A stretch of DNA of 62,403 nucleotides, counting the filler, from Dugesia japonica (Eukaryota): the NCBI GenBank assembly GCA_001938525.1. It is 6 parts of 6 records of this genome, joined end to end, with 100 filler letters (N's around TTAATTAATTAA, not from the genome) between each part and the next. Parts side by side here need not be neighbours in the genome. Positions count along the whole stretch, not along the records: positions 50,508 to 62,403 come from MQRL01520323.1; 5 more parts are not named here. One strand, written 5' to 3'. A program made the translations under genes and the position numbers. Of the stretch, positions 51,694 to 62,403 are shown piece after piece; the stretch's first letter is position 1, and every line of letters starts with the position of its first letter. The notes beneath the pieces are model-generated. The model saw only the letters and a program-made list of their open reading frames with translations. It was not told the DNA's origin and ran no database searches.

Positions 51694-53274
51694 TATTAGG
51701 AATGCAGAAAATCTTTTACCAAAATCAACACTATTTTATCTATTAACTATAGGGTTCCCATTTCCCGACAATTTTTTACTTCCAGGGAATCGGTATTTCC
51801 GAAGAGTTTCTCAGAGATCCCGGGATTTCCCGGGATTCAGTTTTTCTTAATAAATAAGCAATATAGTTTTTAATTTTTGTATAGATGTTTTGAGTTTCAA
51901 AATGTANTGTTTTCGTGCACCATTTCTTCAGCACTTGCTCACCAAATTACTGTAATTTAGTAATTTTGTGATCTGCGGTCATATAAAAACAAATTAAAAA
52001 AAACAAATTTGAAAGCTCGTTGAAACAAAATGCTGTAAGAAATTCGATGAAAAGTAAGTCCTTCAACAGCCACAAGCTTTGAGATCATTTCTTCAACGCT
52101 TTCACGTTTTTTACTGAAGAAANAATCAATTTTTATTATTTTGGTTGGTGGTTTTCAAGTTTCTAAGATTTTCAGTTCAATGTGATGTTTTAATTTTAGA
52201 TGGGTAATGAGACCTTTAGTACTGGAACCTGATACCATTAGTATCGCAGCACAAATCTTACACCTGGTCTTTTCCTCACTATTTTTCAACAAAAATTACT
52301 GCCATACTTGCGGTTTTCGTAGTGTGCTAACATCTTCAAAGTCATCCATGATATTTTTATTAACCTTTCAATATTTTAAAATTTAATAATGATAGAGGAC
52401 TTGAATATTAGATCAAATTTTTATAATTTATAATTTAAATAAACTATATTACTAAAAGAAAAATATGTCGATGGTTTTATTTTAAAGTGGTCTAATTTTC
52501 TAGTATACATCTGTGAAGGGAAAATCTAAAATCTCTAATCTAAAATTATTTTTTAATAATAATGTCTTATTAATTCTAATAGTTTGTAAATTGATTAATT
52601 AAGTTAACTAATTAAAACAATTACAAATTGTAACGTAATAAAATGTTAGAAATATCGACCAAATTCAAAATATTTATTAGTATTTAACTAGAAAGCTTGT
52701 TTTATTTCAATTTTTATTTTGGGAATATTTCCCGGGAAGTTTTTCAAAAAGCCCCTGGAAACGGGAAAATAATTTTTGGGAAATTCCCGGAATGGAAACC
52801 CTAATTATCTATTAATTGCCATCATTTTCAATAACTCTTTGCCATCTATTTACCAAAGAATGAATCCCATCCAAAAAAAATTTTTTTAACAAAATATTTA
52901 CAAAGGTTCAATTTTATGTCTTCTAAAATTTTATAAGTTTTACCTCTTAAAAAGTGTTCGAGAGAACGGAAAAGGTAATAATCTGATGGGGCAATGTCGG
53001 GACTATATGGCGGATGTTGCAAAACTTCAAACCCTAAATTTCTGATTTTTTAACTGGAAGAACATGCAATGTCGAATATGCTCTTTATGAAAATCCATGA
53101 TTTTCAACTATAATTTTAAAAGTTAATCAAATTAAGTTTATGAATAATTGATAGTTTATTAATTGATTATTGAATTTAAATGTTCGCAAATAAAAATAAA
53201 TTATTTAAACAATTTGTTAAAAACTTAACAACAATAACAATTAACGCAATTACTTATTCCTTTGCCAAATATTA
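51694..53274 (-). mobile_element. Internally deleted mariner element interrupted by a hAT insertion
   Basis: MDFHKEHIRHCMF is fused to LGFEVLQHPPYSPDIAPSDYYLFRSL...GIHSLVNRWQRVIENDG. TATTAGG-type end at 51694. Confidence 0.85.
51750..52803 (-). mobile_element. Non-autonomous hAT element with BED zinc finger
   Basis: TIRs TAGGGTTCCCATT / AATGGAAACCCTA and TSD ATTAACTA/ATTATCTA. Reads VWQ*F...TRCKICAAILMVSGSSTKGLITHLKLKH. Confidence 0.9.
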
Positions 53275-53352
53275 TCACAAGTAAGTTATTTGATTTTGTA
53301 AATAAATTATAATTGTAATGTGATCTATTATAATATTTTCAATTTATTTCCA

Positions 53353-53768
53353 TTGGTTAAAGATACGATGGCACCCTTATGTCTAGTAAAAAATTCTTTA
53401 TATCCGAAAATTATCCAACTGGATTATATACGGATTGTATGAGTCACGGCATGAATTTGACATTAACAGATTTTTCCAACATAAAATTACTAAGAAATTA
53501 TAATGAGATCATCAAGAAAATTTAAAATTTTTTGAACACACTTTGGTGAGAAGTTATTTCAAAAAATAGAAGAATTTTTAGAAAGCACAAAGAAAAAATC
53601 AAAAATGTTTATCCAACATGATTTTCTGAAAGACATCAAACAACAACAGAATTTATCGAAATATTCGATGGTATTATTTAGGCGTTACAACAACCTTTAT
53701 AAAGGTTATTTATAATTCAAAAATAATTCTAAAGCCCCACCTTAAAGAAAAATAATGGCTACACCCCT
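53353..53768 (+). mobile_element. hAT (ZMYM1-like) core remnant
   Basis: G*RYDG...YPTGLYTDCMSHGMNL...PT*FSERH corresponds to the GQGYDGA / HC.SH.LNL / TRWSERH motifs. Confidence 0.65.
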
Positions 53769-54054
53769 ATAAAGTCTTATTAGCAATTCTACCAAGAATA
53801 AAAGGCAAGAATATAAAAGTTAATAAATAATATTGATAAATATTAAAAAAATAACAGAGATATTCTAATAATAATGAGATTCATATACGAACTATATAGT
53901 GATAATTACAGAGTATTCCAAATTGTGTTTGAGAATTTTCTGAGAAATCAAATTCTAAAAAACGTTTTCCCAAGATTATTCTTGAATAACTAAAGTATCA
54001 TTTTCGTAAACGTTTTCAATTCGATTTATGATAAATTGCTTTTTTATTATTCAG

Positions 54055-56899
54055 CCTACGAATAAAGAAAAAGTTCTCAATTTTCTCAATAAATTTCTCA
54101 ATAAACCAACAAAAACACTTTATTATGAAGTATCAAAGATAATTCGGCATCCCTCGTTTGATCCATGTATGTTTAAAAAATAGATTTTCAACAAATAATT
54201 TTTATTTCAGTGTATTTAGAAAATGATATTGCCTTAATAAAATTAAAAATGCCTTTAAATATTAGTCAGCACAGTAATATTCGAATTATTCCAATGACCT
54301 CAAAGGACCATTCGAATGCTTTGTGGCCAGCATCGGGCCAGGTAGGAAATTTAATAAATTTATTTATTCATTGTTTGTCTAGAAATTATTTTCCAGCAAG
54401 AACAATTACTTACTATATTTCAGGAAGAGCAATTAATTTGTAAATTAACCTTTCTAGCCTACCTACATTTTGTGTTAATTTAAACTTATCTGAGGTCATT
54501 TTTGACACCAGATGAAAATGATTATAAATGTTTATAACTATATTACATTTATATATAAGTATATTTCATTTAAACAAAATTTTATTCATTACAAGACATT
54601 AAAATGAATTTAATATTGAAAACTGATTCGAATTGGAAGGAATTATAAAATCAAAATTGGAAGTATATTTCAGAACCGAAATTTTCGGTGACCTGTCTAA
54701 ATAGCCCAAGACAAAATTGTCAGATAAAAAGAGNNNNNNNNNNNNNNNNNNNNNNNNNNNATTCAGTCACAAAGTCAAAATCTTTCTGAAACTCTTATAA
54801 AGACGATCCTTCTATACTTTACAAAATTAGAGAATTTATACTGTTTTTAATCCATTAAATTTGAAAGTTCTTCATTCTCATTCTTGATTTCAGAAAATAC
54901 AATATTCGAATATTTAAGTTAACAAAATCTTAAAAATACTCTTCACTGAAAATAAAACGACTAATTCTTACTCTTAATTCTTGGGAATGAATACGCTGTC
55001 CAATTCATTGCTGAAATATAAGAAATTCAGTCTGCAAAGACCCCAACTTTATACATCACAATGACAAACCAGAAAATTGTATTCATAAAACGCAATAGGA
55101 ACGTAAAAGTAACAACTTGTATAAATAAGGAATGGTCGTTGTATGAATGTATTTTCTTCTTCTGGTGTTATTTTCATCTTCCTATTCATAGCAAGGGTAT
55201 ATGATGTTCTTACTATTTTCTTAAATTATTGTTGCTAAATTATAAATACAGTCTGATCCGATAAATTAATGATGTTTTTATTCGTTAGTAAAATTATTTA
55301 CTAACAAAAGCTCTGCTAATGTAGCTACATTTTTCTGAGGATAAATAGAATCCTATCCCAAAACTGATTCAAAATCAGCGTAAATAACAAATGAATTAGT
55401 CACCGTTTTGAATTATCTGTAAATATTAATTTCTTTTTTGTAGGTATTGCATAAAGAGTGGTTCAGATGGTTCATTGGTCTTAAAATACAATTTGGACAC
55501 CAAATTGATTGAATTCTTACTCCAGAGCTTTGTTTAATGTTTATGTTTATAAGCCTATTCAAATTCATANNNNNNNNNNNNNNNNNNNNNNNNNNNNNNN
55601 NNNNNNNNNNNNNNNNNNNNNNNNNNNNNNNNNNNNNNNNNNATCCATGAATAATATCCAAATTAAGATGTTTCATAAAAACTTCATTGGCAAATCTTTT
55701 TCATCGAATACACGTTCTGACATGAAATCCATGTATTTTTCTATACGGTGTTTATTTTATCTAACTTTATCTTGCTTAAGCACAGCATGCTATACGGAAA
55801 ACATTTATAATCGTTAATCTTGATGTTAACAATAGCTTTGTTTTGAATACTATCTTATTGGTTTTTGGATATAACTACTTCCTGATAATCTACTTATATT
55901 GCGTATTTTTGTCGATTTGAAATATATTCAGCTACCTCGTAGTTCCCTTTTTACAGCGATCTTCTCATTTAATAATTTAATTCCTTCTCCAGAAATTTAT
56001 CACGAGGATGAACAGCGCTATTGGATATTTGACAAGTTTTTATTTCATGATCCATTATTAACTCAACATGAATTCCAAACTGAATTATTACATTCTATTT
56101 TTCTTTAAATTACTTTTAACAATTTTTGTACTAAAGTATCTGTTAAAAATATCTCTTGCATGTGAAATCTTGAAACATTTAATTTCAATATTTGATGTCA
56201 TCTATACAAATCACTTTTAATAACAGATTCGTTTATGGATCTACCAACTTGGGTTCCTTCACGCATGTTTTGTGCAATTAAATGTGCTTAACCATCCTAA
56301 AAGGTTAAGAACATCTGAGCTAGAATGTTGTGTTTAAATTTTTTTAATAAATAATTTAGTTTAATTATAATTATAATAAGTGTTAATTTAAATAATTAAT
56401 TAATTAGCAATATTTTAATTATTATCGGATAATCCATTGAAAAATTAAATAATGGTTATAATAAAAAAAGTATATTTTTTATATTAAATTAGTTTATGTA
56501 TCACATAGATTTGCAAAGCGATAGGATGGGGATGCAAAGAACCAGATGGACCAATAATGAATGAACCACATTCTATATATTTACCTATTCTCAAACCAGA
56601 TTATTGTAGAGAAATCTACAATGGATATATAAATCTTACCGATCACCACGAATTTTGTGCGGGTTATTTTTCGGCAAATAAAGGAATTTGTCCAGTAAAT
56701 AATTTTCTAATTTTTACAAATTTTACTAATTAATTAGGGGGATAGTGGTGGTCCTCTATTGTGTGATGAAGATGGAATATCCGTGTTGTCAGGTATAGCA
56801 TCTGCAACACACACTGGATTTCCAAATGATTACCCAGGAATATATACAAGAATTAGTTATTTTAAAAGATGGATAAATGATATTATGAAGCATAATTAA
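54055..56899 (+). CDS. S1 (chymotrypsin-clan) serine protease, 3' exons only
   Basis: Exons 54055-54166, 54211-54341, 56509-56694 and 56738-56899 splice in frame: IIRHPSFDPLYLENDIALIKL...CKAIGWG...FCAG...GICPGDSGGPLLC...YPGIYTRISYFKRWI. The His57 exon was not found. Confidence 0.9.
54449..56304. mobile_element. Decayed piggyBac-like insertion filling the protease intron
   Basis: TTAA|CCTTTCTAG ... CCTAAAAGG|TTAA. Subterminal GGTCATTTTTGACACC and a weak Cys-rich WCPNC...LC remnant. Confidence 0.45.
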
Positions 56900-57090
56900 T
56901 ATTTATTAATTTACATTATTATATTTTCATTATAATGATAGTTTTACCTAACATAATATATTAATATTTTTATCGTTTGAAATTGTTGAAACCAGACAAA
57001 GAAAAATAATTTTGTATTATAACATGGAATTTAGATTTTGATTTTTTATTGTTTATTTTAAATATTATTTTTACAAATAAGTAAATGTCT

Positions 57091-57295
57091 GAAGCTTTGA
57101 TTATAAGGGTATTAAATCCCAAAATTAATGTTCAATTGACGGATTCAACATCGCTCTTTAAATTAAGTTATTGATTATTTATTGAGACTGCATAATTGAA
57201 ATTATAGTCATTTAAATATTTTAAATAATTTGTTTTAATAATCATTAATTACCTGATGATGCCGGTTATTCAGTCNAAATTAATTACAGCGATAA
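57091..57295 (+). mobile_element. Penelope-like element 3' end with degenerate hammerhead core
   Basis: EALIIRVLNPKINVQLTDSTSLFKL resembles the GIY-YIG ORF tail. It is followed by CTGATGA-N16-nAAA-TTAATT at 57253-57285. Confidence 0.5.
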
Positions 57296-58999
57296 TCAGA
57301 CAAAATTGAAATAAATGAGTTTATTCAGTCTGTATTATTCAAACAAAGATTAAAATGGCTAAAATTCTTAATTTTTAAAATAAAATTCTTAATTTTTTAA
57401 AATTTTTAACGACTTTTCAATAAAATTANNNNNNNNNNNNNNNNNNNNNNNNNNNNNNNNNNNNNNNNNNNNNNNNNNAACGACTTTTCAATAAAATTAA
57501 TTTATATACTAATATTTTATTACTGTTACCTATAAAATCAAAGATGTTTTACATACAATAAATCCGAACCCCGTCATAGATGTTTTTACGATACAATAAA
57601 CAATTTCTAAACAATATATAAAAAATACGAATGAATAAGTCAGCAGTTACAAAAATAAAGCGCTTACACGTTTATCTGTTTATCAATTTTTTCAACACGT
57701 TTCAACCTAAAATATAATTGATAAATATTGTTGAAAAAAAAATCTCATGTACCTGTTGTTGAGATATTGATTAATTTCAAGTCTGAACTTTCACAAATCA
57801 CTCAAGATTTTGACGATGAAAAAAATTAGGTGCATTGGCTGGGCGGCAATTTAATTTGTGAATGAGAGCTTGGTAAATCAATTTTCAGTCAAGTAGGTAT
57901 ATAAGCGCATATTCAGAAGATCTTCACACTTGCTAATCACTTCATGTAAAATTTTAATTATTATTGGCAGCGCAACTTTCATATTTAATAAGAAAGTCAT
58001 TCTAACGAATTTGTTTATTATTGGCAACGATGATAAATCAGAATTATTAAAAAGTTAATATGCTTTATTTTGTAAAAGATTGATTAATATAAATTCTATG
58101 TGATTCGAGTGACAATCTAGGCACGATGATCGTGCTCCCGACTGTATTATGTAATGCCAGATGTAAAACGAATTAATTTATTGAAAACAAATTGAAAACG
58201 AAATGATAAATAAAAAGTAAAAGCAGTAATGATGATTGAAAGACGAATTAATCAAATGTAGAGCAGGTGGGTAGAGTTGAACAAAGTATGAAAAGTAAAT
58301 TGGTAGGCGATTAGTGGATCATAAAGGGAGCTCAGAATCAATAAATTAATTATAAGTCCTTAATATTTATTTATTATTTTACTTTTATATATGCTTTGTC
58401 ACTAATGGTTAAGAAATTTATTAGAATATATTAATAAATATATTAAAATATATTAATAAATATATTAATAAATATATTAAAATATATTAATAAATATATT
58501 AATAAAATATATTTCAATTTTAATACATTTTGATTTTATTTTTCAATTTTAATTCCAGTAAATTAAAAATGAATAATTACAAGCTGAATTTGGTATAAGG
58601 TTNNNNNNNNNNNNNNNNNNNNNNNNNNNNNNNNNNNNNNNNNNNNNNNNNNNNNNNNNNNNNNNNNNNNNNNNNNNNNNNNNNNNNNNNNNNNNNNNNN
58701 NNNNNNNNNNNNNNNNNNNNNNAAATGTAAAGTGTAAAATGTTAGATACAAATTTTACATGTAAAATGTGATATTCAGCCACAGTTAGTTTTCGACATCA
58801 AATGAATTTAACAGTTGTAAAATATAAAAATATTACATAGGAATTTTACATGTAAAATCTAACATTCAGCCACAGTTAATTTCTAGATTTAAGAGAAATA
58901 TTTTACATGTTAGAAAAAATGTTAGATGTTTTTGTCCATAATAAATTGTCAAATATTACATAGGAATTTTACATGTAAAATCTAACATTCAGCCACAGT

Positions 59000-61854
<2,855 letters not shown>

Positions 61855-62403
61855 GGTAAATTTAAATGTTAATAATTAATAAGAATAATTAAATTTGAAG
61901 TCGTATTATTTGTAATTTACGCAAAACGTTGTTTAGCTAATATTTTAATTAATTGAATAATTATATTTTAAAATATAATAAGCAGAAATATATATTTACA
62001 AATTTCTTATAAGAATATAACTAAATTATCTTCGACGAGAAGTATAATTTGTAGATAATGAACACAAAATTGCTTAAATAATATGGAAATTAATTTAATA
62101 GTTGATAAAAATTTAAGTATTACTAAATACATATGTACTTAGAATTTTGTTTTAAAAAAGCAGAGTTGGACAAATTCCATTGAGAACACTAACTAACTTA
62201 TGCTTATTTATTTAATTTTTAAAAACCAACTATTAAAGAACTTTTTTGAATATACCAGTTGCTATAGTAGCAAAAATAATTAACACTTACTATATACTAC
62301 AATTAAATCTAGCATTTTTTGCAAATACCGCGTATTTAAAGAAATTTTTGAAAATTAAAATTTGTAAGCTTTATAAAAAAATTTCAATATTGAAACTAAC
62401 TTA

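Noticed and set aside
57640-58340. Coding-like decayed segments (also 10150-10400, 16970-17160, 20340-21000, 33400-33720 and 37860-38450)
   Set aside because: Probably TE debris, but no motif could be assigned with confidence without a database search.

Overview
Very AT-rich, gap-ridden eukaryotic genomic DNA. It is most likely from a triclad planarian, inferred from the 43-66 nt introns, the TTAGGG repeat and the TE spectrum. No CRISPR, rRNA or tRNA genes were seen. Three host genes are supported: an intronless glass C2H2 transcription factor (28711-30093 +), Notchless/NLE1 (40103-41880 -, 5' end lost in a gap) and the 3' exons of an S1 serine protease (54055-56899 +). The rest is largely decayed transposons (gypsy gag/pol, hAT, Tigger, Tc1, mariner, piggyBac, Merlin, Helitron, Polinton-type integrase, Penelope-like), several of them nested. 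The most novel signal is a ~3.9-kb TG...CA element with a 4-bp TSD (12424-16317) that looks like a giant solo LTR. It carries a collinear array of small ATG-initiated ORFs conserved at the protein level, with many silent substitutions, in a second diverged copy (~4400-7578). A possible third member lies at 33752-35430. Five artificial N44-TTAATTAATTAA-N44 linkers split the window, so long-range adjacency is unreliable.
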